Source: Felis catus (Eukaryota). From it: 64,000 nucleotides of DNA. The translations under genes and the position numbers were made by a program. Positions 37,674 to 48,607 of this stretch are shown here, piece after piece. Location of the stretch: contig NC_058377.1 of NCBI RefSeq assembly GCF_018350175.1, positions 61,070,001 through 61,134,000 on the forward strand. Reading direction: 5' to 3'. Numbering within the stretch: position 1 is the stretch's first letter; every line of letters begins with the position of its first letter. Below the pieces are notes generated by a model. It searched no databases and was not told where the DNA came from. It was given only the letters and a program-made list of their open reading frames with translations.

Positions 37674-38328
37674 AAAAATGGTAGTTGCTTCTGTTTTCAC
37701 CACATTTGCTTGTTTTGTAATAATAATGAATAAATATTAACAAATGGATGGATTTTAATCCTGAAGACTTATTTCTAATAGTTTAGACTACATTTTAATG
37801 AATCTGTGTTCATTAACACTTGTTACCCATCTTGTATGTCAACACCTATGTGTTACCATCTAACCAAATGGAACCAACAGAAATAACTATTTACATAGGC
37901 CAGCACAACTCTGTATATGCCAAAATTGAAAGTAAATTATGTTGGTGATGACAGAAGATAATTAATGAAGTAGGAATTAAGGCAAAATCTTAGCCTAATA
38001 CCAGTGGTGAGACCACTGCAAATTAAAAAAGAAAAAAGAAAAAAGAAAGTTGCTAACAAAGATGAATATATTATGAAAAATGTTTTATTATAATCCACTG
38101 CATAACTGCTTCCAAAGGTTTTCACTGAGAATTCACTTCCTCACATTGCTCGAGATGGATTTCTGATTGTACATTTTTAATTGTGTGAATTAACTGAAGA
38201 AGAGAATGTACAAAATTGTATGATCTTATTTTTCTTTAGGTTTAAAACGTTGCAGAGTTTTACCTTGTGTCCTGAGGATTAACGAACATATAATTGTAAG
38301 AACATGGACTTATGCATTGCCTATCAAG

Positions 38329-39273
38329 ATGTCCCTTCCCAATGACACACAGTTTCATCCCTCCTTCTTTTTGCTGCTGGGGATCCCAGGACTGGAAACT
38401 GTCCACATGTGGATTGGCTTTCCCTTTTGCGCTGTGTACATGATTGCACTCATAGGAAACCTCACTATTTTGTTTGTGGTCCAGGTTGACAGCAGCCTAC
38501 ACCAGCCCATGTTCTACTTCCTGGCCATGTTGGCTAGCATTGATTTGGGTCTGTCCACAGCTACCATCCCCAAGATGCTTGGGATCTTCTGGTTTAGTCT
38601 CAGGGAGATAATCTTCGATGCTTGTCTCACCCAGATGTTTTTTATCCACAACTTCACTGGTATGGAGTCAGCAGTCCTGTTGGCAATGGCTTATGACCGC
38701 TATGTGGCCATATGCAACCCACTTCGATATAGCACCATTCTCACCAACAAGGTTGTCTCTGTGATTGGTGTTGGTGTGTTAGTGAGGTCATTTATTTCTG
38801 TTATTCCATTTGTGTTTCTTATTTTGCGACTGCCCTTCTGTGGGAATCATATCATTCCCCATACCTATTGTGAACACATGGGTCTGGCTCGCCTGTCTTG
38901 TGCCAGCATCAAGATCAATATCATCTATGGCCTGGGTGCTATTTCAATCCTAGTATTTGACATCATAGCCATTGCCCTTTCTTATGTTCAGATACTCCGT
39001 GCCGTTTTCCGTCTTCCCTCCCGTGAAGCCCGACTCAAGTCCCTCAGCACATGTGGTTCTCATGTTTGTGTAATTCTTGCCTTCTATACACCAGCCCTCT
39101 TTTCCTTTATGACACATCGCTTTGGCCATAACGTCCCCCGCTATATCCACATACTCCTGGCCAATCTTTATGTCGTAGTGCCACCAATGCTCAACCCTGT
39201 CATCTACGGAGTCAGAACCAAACAGATTTATGACCGTGTGAAGAAAATAATAAATGCAAAAATAAAGAATTAA
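38329..39273 (+). CDS. Class I olfactory receptor, OR52E subfamily (OR52E3-like; 314 aa, intact)
   Basis: First in-frame ATG at 38329 ([11 protein letters not shown]); [51 protein letters not shown]; close paralog of 5269-6219. Confidence 0.92.
   Translation: MSLPNDTQFHPSFFLLLGIPGLETVHMWIGFPFCAVYMIALIGNLTILFVVQVDSSLHQPMFYFLAMLASIDLGLSTATIPKMLGIFWFSLREIIFDACLTQMFFIHNFTGMESAVLLAMAYDRYVAICNPLRYSTILTNKVVSVIGVGVLVRSFISVIPFVFLILRLPFCGNHIIPHTYCEHMGLARLSCASIKINIIYGLGAISILVFDIIAIALSYVQILRAVFRLPSREARLKSLSTCGSHVCVILAFYTPALFSFMTHRFGHNVPRYIHILLANLYVVVPPMLNPVIYGVRTKQIYDRVKKIINAKIKN
38950..39252 (+). repeat. Inverted repeat arm B2 (303 bp, 2 mismatches to 5296-5598)
   Basis: Direct comparison. Confidence 0.95.
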
Positions 39274-40446
39274 AAAGGAATATGTATATAGATGGAACTT
39301 CTGAGCAGAGAAATGCCTTGTGATATTAAATTTAGTAAATTTAAATGTGCTTGACAGTGTTTATTTTTTTGGGGGGAAGGGGGTCCATTCTGTAAATATT
39401 TTAATGAATTCAGAGACTGAAAGCTTAAGCTTTGTTATCCAATTTGTATGGTAAGTGAGGGCATATCAGAGTCTTTATATGCGATTTTTAATAACTGGTG
39501 TCAGTAGATTTAAAGTAGAATTTATAGGGCATGCCGTATTTTTTTGGACACGTACTGGTTACCCTTTATCATTTATATGGCTCTTTTTTTTTGATGATTC
39601 TTATTCCTTTTTTATCTCTAGGTGTCCCTGTATTGGTTTCTCTCTCCTTATTTTGTATCCCCCCCCTTATCTGTTCTTCTTTTTCTTTTTTTTTTCTCTT
39701 CAGAAATTATGCAAATTTTCATTGCATTACAAAAACCGTATTGTGATATCCTGTGATTTCATCAAAATACTGCAAAGATCCAGAATGATATCATAGATTA
39801 AGTCCTGGTTTTATACATAGAAAGGAAGTGAGGAAATAAATGTGGCTACAAAAACCTTCCTCCTAATTTTTGTGTGGCGTTTCTCACAAATATATTTAGG
39901 TTTACATAGACCCAACTCTGATGTAAACTTGAAGGAAGAAACCTCCTGCAGCCTGGAGAGGCTGCCCACTGTCACCTCCTAGGTTCTATTGGTTTTCTCA
40001 CTTGCTTTGAGAGTCATCTTGTAGTTGTTTCCTTTTGTCCTGTCTTTTCATATATGATTTGAACAGTTAAACAGAACTTGATTCCACTCCTACTTCTATC
40101 TTTGATGCGTAAGTTTCAGTGGCCTCGATTTCTTTACTTTCCAAATATAGTCATAGTTTCATTTCAGAGATTAAGCATGAAGACTTAGTTATATGATGCT
40201 TCTAAAGTCATCAGCATAGTTCCCAGGATGTTGTTTGCGATAAATACAAAATAATTGTTAGCCATTAGTATTATCATTATTTGTATTACTATGTTTTGTT
40301 TATTATTCTCACCCTTGGCAACAGTGTTTCTATAAGAGGTGTTTATGGGTTTTATTTTAATACCACCCTCACATAAAATAACCTGAAGCTAAAGTGACAC
40401 AAAGTACAAAAAGTATCTAATATAATATATACATTGTATATGTACT

Positions 40447-40469
40447 ACACACACACACACACACACACA
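40447..40469 (+). repeat. (CA)n microsatellite
   Basis: Direct read. Confidence 0.9.
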
Positions 40470-43086
40470 AGATACTAGTCCACAACTAATTTGTTGATAT
40501 TTTATAAAAACTTGATTTTCTTAAAGTTATTATTTGAGGAAAATTTTCAAAATGCTCATTTTACCTAACTCCATCAAAAATGACATTCATATTTTTCATG
40601 TATATATTTGGTATTACCTCTTAGTCTTTAAAACAGAAATTTTTAATTTGGAAATAATTATTTTCATCATTTATCCTTCTCTTCCTCATTGTGTAATGCA
40701 AGGCAAGTTATCTCCATTATCTCCACAATCTTTTGTTATTTTGGCTCATATTCTCTTGATCTCACTCATATGTTCCTTTTTCTAACTTTCTGTAGCCTGA
40801 TCTCTTGTATGTGATCACTCTATCTCTGAAGTACCTCTATCATCAGCCACTTCCAGTCTTCCAGACTAGCTGATTTTGTTTCACAAATATCTCTCAGGTA
40901 TTTTGTTTTCTGTCTCCAGTGGCACCATCTTATTTAGTATTCCTAGTGACCAGCATGTGATGTTAGGACCTTTGTTACATTGCCCATGCCAAACATCCTC
41001 CTAATTTCAGGTTTCATATCACAATTAACATCCTTGGTTTTTGCTTTATAGAGATATGCCCTATTCCTTCATAAATCCCTTTACACTCCAAATATACCTA
41101 CTTTCTAAGACCTATTGCCTGTCTCCTTCATTCGCTAAATACTAATGGCACACCAATTTTCTGGTATTTGCATTTTAATTTTCAAAGTCTACTATTCAAA
41201 TAAAATCTTGTTTCAGATAAAGAAAAACATTGGTTCACATAGGAGTGAATTTCTATATGTATGCACATTTTAGGGTAACTATCCTCATACTGTTGAAGAT
41301 AGAGCAATACTCACTTTTCTTTGCCTTCTGTGCACTTCTGCTCCATTCTCTTACTCACAACTTAATATTATAATCACTTGCAATGTGTACATATCATCCT
41401 CTCTCCTCCTGGGTGATAAGGAATTTGATATTACTTTATTTATCCACTTAGTTACTTATAGTGTGACTCACACAGCTACTCAATAAACGTATGCTGACTG
41501 AATCAAAGTAAGAACAAAAGAATGCATGTACTTACTATTAGTCACACTATAATACAAGAAAGTTGACATTAAACGTGTGCATTGGTGTAAGCTACCATTG
41601 CCAAAATTTAAAAAAATGTACAAAAACAGACTGATAATAGGATATTATACTACATCAGAAAGAGGTGAATAAATGATATAATTCTAAAAATAGTGAGTGC
41701 ATACAGCACATCTTTCCAACTCAACTCATTTATTAATGCAAAATGGAATATACATATTTTTACTTCTTTTTTTACTCATTGTGCCATTTTTTCTTAAACA
41801 CACACACACGTACACACACACTCCTAAACATGTGCTTGCACACACACATGTATATATGTATATTAACACATAAAGATAGATTTACACACACATACACACA
41901 ATGTTGGGGGAATTTACAAAATGGAAAATATTCTGTTATGCAACTTCTTCTAAAATGGCCAATTTCACATTAGTAGTGATTTTAAAACTCGATTCAAAAT
42001 TCCTTCCTCTTGAAAGCCTTTCTAATGTGGCCTTAGCACACTATTTCACGATTTTTACTTCCTGAGCTAAGAGCCAGATGTCCCTGTGCTTTCCTCAATA
42101 GAAACACTGATTACAGACTCTTTTTTTCTCTTGCACAACTAGGGCCATACCCATTTAATCAAGATGCATAAATTATGATCATATAAAAATATTTCCTTAT
42201 TGAGGAATATAAAATTTAAATTAAATACTATAATCTCATGTTATTAGCTTTTATCTTCCATAATACTACATTTTTTTATTTGAAATGACTTATGTTGTTC
42301 AGGTCAATAACAGTCATTCTTTCAACAAAATTTAATAAGCAATGTTACCCAGCATATTGTGCCAACTACTGGGGTATGCATAAGGATGTACATGATAATT
42401 TCAGGAATTTGCTCCCTAGTAGATGAGAAATATCAGCATACATTATATGATGTTCCAAATGAAAACAGTGAGGGCTGTGTGTATATAATGAAAGGGAGGC
42501 AGGGAGAGAGATGAGGGGGGTGATGATCAATTAGGAAAGAGAGCACAGTCAAGCTGTATGGAAGGGTAAGTTGATTTCTCTGGGCATAGAATAATTGGTA
42601 CATTCTAGGAAAATAAAAAGCAAACATTGCAAGCATTGTATTTTTGATTTTGCTTATTTCAATGCATTTACCATGTGCATCCTAATAAGACTACAATCTG
42701 GCAGATGTGCAACAGTGATTTTTTCTTGATAGTTCTGTTACCTCTAAAGCCATTATGATTATATGCATATTTCCAATTTTCACTCATTCCTTGGCTTCAC
42801 ACTCACTTCATCTCTTCTTATTTTTATCTTCTAGTTCATGCAGATATAGTATAGTGGTGTTTTCTTTTTCTTTTTTCTTTTTGTCTTTTTTATTGCCCCC
42901 AGAGTTTCACATAAAAACATTCAAGCATCAAAATCTTAACACAATTTGATGTGTCTATTTTTTGCTTTACAAGATTTCTGTTAGATTAATCCATTTTGAG
43001 TGTAATAGTAATTCATTTGTATTTTCTTTTGGTTTGCTTCTTATTGTTTTTATTGTGCTGTTTTATTTCTTAATAGATAGTATTTT

Positions 43087-43122
43087 CTTTTTAAAAAATT
43101 TTTTTAATGTGTATTTATTTTT

Positions 43123-43177
<55 letters not shown>

Positions 43178-43365
43178 CATGAGCGGGGGAGGGGCAGAGA
43201 GAGAGGGAGACACAGAATCCAAAGCAGGCTCCAGGCTCTGAGCTGCCAGCATAGAGCCCGACGTGGGGCTCAAACTCACAGACCATGAGATTGTGACCTG
43301 AGACCATGAGATTGTGACCTAAGCCGAAGTCAGACTCTCAACCGACTGAGCCACCCAGGTGCCCT
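43087..43365 (-). mobile_element. Can-SINE with expanded (GA)n and an internal 21-bp tandem duplication
   Basis: TSD gatagtatttt; agaccatgagattgtgacct twice at 43280-43320. Confidence 0.92.
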
Positions 43366-43954
43366 GATAGTATTTTTTTTGATGAATAAACCCAATTAAT
43401 TTATATATTCTACTGTTGTTGAATAATTTTAATTATTTAATTTTTTCTCTATTCTGAATAAATCCTTATGAACATTTTTGTGTATGTATTTTGGTGAACA
43501 TAATCACTCATTTCCTTTGGACATTTATGTAATAGTAATTGCTGGGAATATTTAGAATTAGCAGACACTTCCAATTTCCAAAGTGGTCAGCAGATGCTCC
43601 TATCTTTATGAATACTTGGAATTAGCAGTCTTAATTTTCAGCCATATTGGAAAGGTTGTAGGTATAGCATGGTGCTTTATTTTCCTGATGAGTAACAGTG
43701 ATGAAAAAATTTTCTTATGCTCATTGGATATTATTTTCCTTTAAAGTGCCAGAGTATTTGCTCTTACATTTTACATTGTCTTGTCATTTCTTTATAGATT
43801 AATAATAATCTCAATTCACTATTTTAATGTGTTATTAATATAAGTGTTTTAACCAATGTATGTATTGGGAATATCACCTCCCAGTCAGTGATTTTCCTAC
43901 TGTGTCACCATCCCAATAGAAATTTTGGTAAGTGGTGTTCTTATATTTTTCACT

Positions 43955-44170
43955 CTTTTTAAAAATTAATTAAAACAATTATTTTTTTAGAGAGAGTGTG
44001 AATGAGCATGAGGGGGAAGAGGGGCAGAGGAGAGGGAGAGAGAATCTCAAGCAGGCTTCATGCTGTCAGCACAGAGCCCCACATGGGGCTTGAAGTCAGG
44101 GATCCCAAGATCATGACCTGAACCAAAATCAAGAGTTGATGCCTCACTGATTGAGCCACCCAGGTGCCCT
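43955..44170 (-). mobile_element. Can-SINE
   Basis: TSD tta(t/c)atttttc; reverse SINE body. Confidence 0.9.
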
Positions 44171-44319
44171 TTACATTTTTCTATGATTAAATAATGTAAT
44201 TTCACTTTATTTTTATTCATTACATTGAAAAATACATTTGGCCTTATTTTGTAATATTAGGGTAATGCATCTTTTTCCTTGGTTTCCATGTATGTCATGT
44301 CTCTAAATACATTTCATGT

Positions 44320-44535
44320 GGGGCGCCTGGGTGGCTCAATTGGTTAAGTGTCTGACTTCTGGTTTTGGCTCAGGTCATGATCTCACTGTTTGTGAGATCA
44401 AGCCTGTGTCAGGCTCTATGCTGGCAGTGCAGAAACTGCTTGGGATTCTCTCTCTCTCCCTCTTTCTGCCCCTGCCTTGCTCATGTGCTTCTGCTCTCTT
44501 TCTCTGTCACAAAATAAATAAGTAAACATTTAAAA

Positions 44536-44574
<39 letters not shown>

Positions 44575-44576
44575 AT
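44320..44576 (+). mobile_element. Can-SINE with (AAAT)n tail
   Basis: ggggcgcctgggtggctca head; long (aaat)n. Confidence 0.92.
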
Positions 44577-44636
44577 TCATGGGTTTTTTTTTTTTTTTCA
44601 TTTTTATGTTAAATTAATTTTTATTAACTTCTATTT

Positions 44637-44799
44637 GGGGCACCTGGGTGGCTCAGTCGGCCGAGCACCAACTTTGGTTCAGGTCGTAGTCTCACCGTTG
44701 GTGAGTTCAAGCCTGGTGTCAGGCTCTGTGCTGATGGCTCAGAGCCTGGAGCTGGCTTCAGATTCTGCGTCTCCCTCTCTCTGCCCCTCCCCTGCTTAT

Positions 44800-44846
<47 letters not shown>

Positions 44847-44905
44847 AATAAATCAAAATTTAAAAAAAATCAAAATAATCTTTAATGAATAAATAAATAA
44901 ATAAA
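44637..44905 (+). mobile_element. Can-SINE with expanded (CT)n
   Basis: ggggcacctgggtggctcagtcgg head. Confidence 0.92.
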
Positions 44906-45424
44906 TAAAGCCAGTAAGACTAGCACTACATAGGATAGAAATAAGATATTTTGTCTTATTCGATAGCTATGATATATTATTGATGAGTAGTAANNNNNNN
45001 NNNNNNNNNNNNNNNNNNNNNNNNNNNNNNNNNNNNNNNNNNNNNNNNNNNNNNNNNNNNNNNNNNNNNNNNNNNNNNNNNNNNNNNNNNNNNNNNNNNN
45101 NNNNNNNNNNNNNNNNNNNNNNNNNNNNNNNNNNNNNNNNNNNNNNNNNNNNNNNNNNNNNNNNNNNNNNNNNNNNNNNNNNNNNNNNNNNNNNNNNNNN
45201 NNNNNNNNNNNNNNNNNNNNNNNNNNNNNNNNNNNNTGCATTGCTATGATATCTAATAAAATTAAGATGCAAAATTTACCCAATAAGAGATTCTGTTCAT
45301 GTCATATTTCATATGAACACATTTGGTAGCATTAGTTTCGCATCTCTGATTTTCTATTGACAAGATGTGTAGAGGATGTAGGGAAGATGTTTGCTTCTCC
45401 ATCAGTCCCTTTATCCTAAGTGCA

Positions 45425-45601
45425 GATAATGGAATCTTTCTCAGGAGATTCTGTGGTGTTAGCTATGGTTCATGCAGGGGATTTAAGTTGGCTTTGTGTT
45501 CAGACAGGCCCCCAAGGGCCCTAAATATAGGTAGTATAAAACCTTATTCCCATTACTGGATATACCAGAGCTCTCTAGCCCTAGTCCTGCTGCAGGTGAG
45601 T
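45425..45601 (+). promoter_or_regulatory. Putative promoter and non-coding exon 1 of the OR52J-like gene
   Basis: Homeodomain site taatgg at 45427, O/E-like ttctcaggaga at 45438-45448, O/E palindrome ggcccccaagggcc at 45507-45520, TATAAAA at 45535-45541, consensus donor CAG|GTGAGT at 45596; acceptor ttccttctag at 47634-47635. Confidence 0.65.
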
Positions 45602-45774
45602 TTCCTATTAAATGTGTGATGGAGATGAATAATGATCAGAGACTCTCGTCTAACAATTAAGGAACAGGTTACAGCTAAATTTATTAAGCTACTATATTCT
45701 ATCTTACTACCATAGAAAGACTTCCTGACTGAAAGAGGTCATTACTGGATTATGCTGAAACAACATAGATTTTT

Positions 45775-45810
45775 TTCTTAAATTTTTTAATGTTTTATTT
45801 ATTTTTTTTA

Positions 45811-45842
<32 letters not shown>

Positions 45843-46018
45843 AGAGAGAGAGAGAGCATGAGTGAGGGAGGTGCAGAGAGAGAGGGAGACACAGAATCCA
45901 AACCAGACTCTAGGCTCTGAGCTGTCAGCAGAGACAGCAGGGCTCGAACTCACAAACTGTGAGATCATGACCTGAGCCAAAGTTGGACACTTAACTGACT
46001 GAGCCATCCAGGCACCCC
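45775..46018 (-). mobile_element. Can-SINE in the putative intron 1 of the OR52J-like gene
   Basis: TSD acaac(a/t)tagatttttt; reverse SINE body. Confidence 0.92.
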
Positions 46019-47671
46019 AAGACAACTTAGATTTTTTAAAATAACCATCTACAGAGGGAACTTATAGTTGTGGTATAAACAACCTCAATTCTCAGTGATA
46101 TCTGTGTGTTAGGGCATGGTCTTCTATAATAATAATTTTAAAATATGCTCATCAGGGGCCCAGAGTTAAGTGCAGGTTTTTAAAATTGATTACAAAGAGG
46201 GAAGAAGATAAATAAATAGCCTGGAGATGAACATTTATAGTCTTGCAGTACTTACATAACTGGAGAGTCTCTATTTTTTTAATGTCATTAATAAAATATT
46301 TCCCCAAATTTGGACTTTTCTCTGTCACTCTGCTCAGGAGTCAACTGGAGCTGAGATCAACTTCTTTCCTACCTTTCTTCCTTTATGTTTCCTTCTGTTT
46401 TGCTTTCCTTTCTTCTTTTTTTTTTTACCTTTCCTCCCTTCTCTTCCTATCCCTTCCTTATTTTTTTTCTATAGTGCTCTCTTATATTTCTTTCCTTTTT
46501 CTATAGGAAGACAGACAGGCAGACANNNNNNNNNNNNNNNNNNNNNNNNNNNNNNNNNNNNNNNNNNNNNNNNNNNNNNNNNNNNNNNNNNNNNNNNNNN
46601 NNNNNNNNNNNNNNNNNNNNNNNNNNNNNNNNNNNNNNNNNNNNNNNNNNNNNAGAAAGAATGGAGAGAGAGAGAAAGAGAGAGAGAGCAATCATAACTA
46701 GAGTGTGGTAAATCAGGAGCATGGATTTCTTAAGCCTGATGTTGACCACCATTATTGTCATTGGAAACAAATCTTTACTTTTCTCAATGCTTCTCCTTCC
46801 AATATATCTTTTCGCTGTCTCCCTCCCCCCAAACTCTCCCCCACACACCTATGCAATAATAGGTAGAATTGTTGGATATCTTAGGACATTCTTGAGAATT
46901 TGGCAACCAATGGAAACCTTGGGATTCTTTATTAATTTAATTCCTATCAGAATATTGTAGCAAAGAGATGCATTTCTGTCCTGGAGGTGACTTCCAGCTG
47001 CAGTGTTTTCCTATCTTTGTATAGTACAGTGTCTGTCTATCTTTGTGCAACTCTTATTATATCTCAGATACAGTACAGCATGTCTGTGGGAGCATATGAG
47101 TAAATATGGAGGGACACATTAATGAAACACAGTTCTTCATTTTGGGTCTGATTTTCTAAATATATATCAATGTCACAACTGATGCAGAACAAACTGATTT
47201 AAGAAGTCTTACTGTATTTCCTATCATTCTACAGGTCTAGGTATCTTATATTCTTATATGTATTGCCATGTTCTGTTTGCAGGTGTCTGTATCTGTTGTT
47301 CCGTGCTTTTGTGTTGATGTGTTTAGGTAAAGTGTATTTTGCCCTCAAAGAGGATTGATATCTCAATATAAGTCCTTTCATGTTTTTTTAAATTAATTCC
47401 AGGTCTTATATGGGTTTTCAGCAAATGAATATGATATTCATGTCCAAAACCTGAGAAGTATACTTCTCATAAAGTTAATGTTTCTTCCATTTGTAGAGTG
47501 CTCAGTCTGTGCCTACATATTACTTTGAACTCGAGTTTTAGTATTTGCTTTCATAATAAGAAAGCTACAGATAAAAATTAAGCCTACTGGAGACTTTTGA
47601 GAAATGTGTTCATAGCTCTTGTTTTTTCCTTCTAGAGGTAGTCAACTACTTCTCTTCTCATCAATGGCAAG

Positions 47672-48607
47672 ATGTTCCACACAAACACTTCCGCTTTCCA
47701 CCCAGACACCTTTTTTCTCACAGGCATCCCAGGATTTGAGGGTTTCCATGGCTGGATCTCCCTACCTTTTTGCTCCATTTACTTAATGGCTCTGTTAGGC
47801 AATGTTACAATTTTGCTGATCATCTGGTCTAACCGTACTCTGCGGGATCCTATGTTCTACTTTCTAGCCATCTTATCAGCCATAGATCTGGCCCTCTCCA
47901 CATCGTCAGTGCCCCGAATGCTGGGTATCTTCTGGTTTGATGCACATGAAATTGGTTTTGGAGCCTGCGTGGCTCAGATGTTCCTGATACACACCTTTAC
48001 AGGAATGGAGTCTGCTGTTCTGTTGGCCATGGCTTTTGATCGCTATGTGGCTATCTGTGTACCACTCCACTACACAACCACCCTGACACCCCGGGTGCTA
48101 GCAGGCATTGGTGTGGGCATTATAATGCGTCCTGTCCTGCTCATGTTGCCCATTCTATACCTAACCCATCGTCTGCCCTTTTGTGAGACTCGAATTATTG
48201 CGCATTCCTACTGTGAGCACATGGGCATTGCCAAGTTGGCCTGTGCCAGCATTCGAGTTAATGCCATTTACGGGCTTTTTGTGGCTTCTTTTCTTATTTT
48301 GGACGTGGTACTTGTTGGAATCTCTTATGCCTACATCCTCCGTGCAGTTTTCCTCCTCCCATCTCGAGATGCTCGTCACAAAGCCTTGAGCACATGTGGG
48401 TCACATGTTGGGGTCATGTGTGTTTTCTATACACCGTGTCTCTTCTCCTTCCTCACCCACCGGTTTGGCAAGAAAATTCCCCATTATGTTCACATCCTTG
48501 TTGCCAATCTCTACGTTGTATTCCCACCTGCCCTCAATCCTATTATCTACGGTGTGAGGACAAAGCAGATTCGTGAGCATGTGATCCATGCTCTCACCTC
48601 CCAATAG
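47672..48607 (+). CDS. Class I olfactory receptor, OR52J subfamily (311 aa, intact)
   Basis: NTS sequon; [63 protein letters not shown]; similar to recalled OR52J3; position suggests an OR52J1 ortholog. Confidence 0.92.
   Translation: MFHTNTSAFHPDTFFLTGIPGFEGFHGWISLPFCSIYLMALLGNVTILLIIWSNRTLRDPMFYFLAILSAIDLALSTSSVPRMLGIFWFDAHEIGFGACVAQMFLIHTFTGMESAVLLAMAFDRYVAICVPLHYTTTLTPRVLAGIGVGIIMRPVLLMLPILYLTHRLPFCETRIIAHSYCEHMGIAKLACASIRVNAIYGLFVASFLILDVVLVGISYAYILRAVFLLPSRDARHKALSTCGSHVGVMCVFYTPCLFSFLTHRFGKKIPHYVHILVANLYVVFPPALNPIIYGVRTKQIREHVIHALTSQ

Noticed and set aside
38317-38328. MPIK extension of the OR52E3-like ORF
   Set aside because: TTG start; the first in-frame ATG is at 38329.
5269-39273. 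Recent segmental duplication as the explanation for E2/E3 similarity
   Set aside because: Introns, 5' CDS, 3' flanks and TE content are strongly diverged; identity is confined to discrete tracts.
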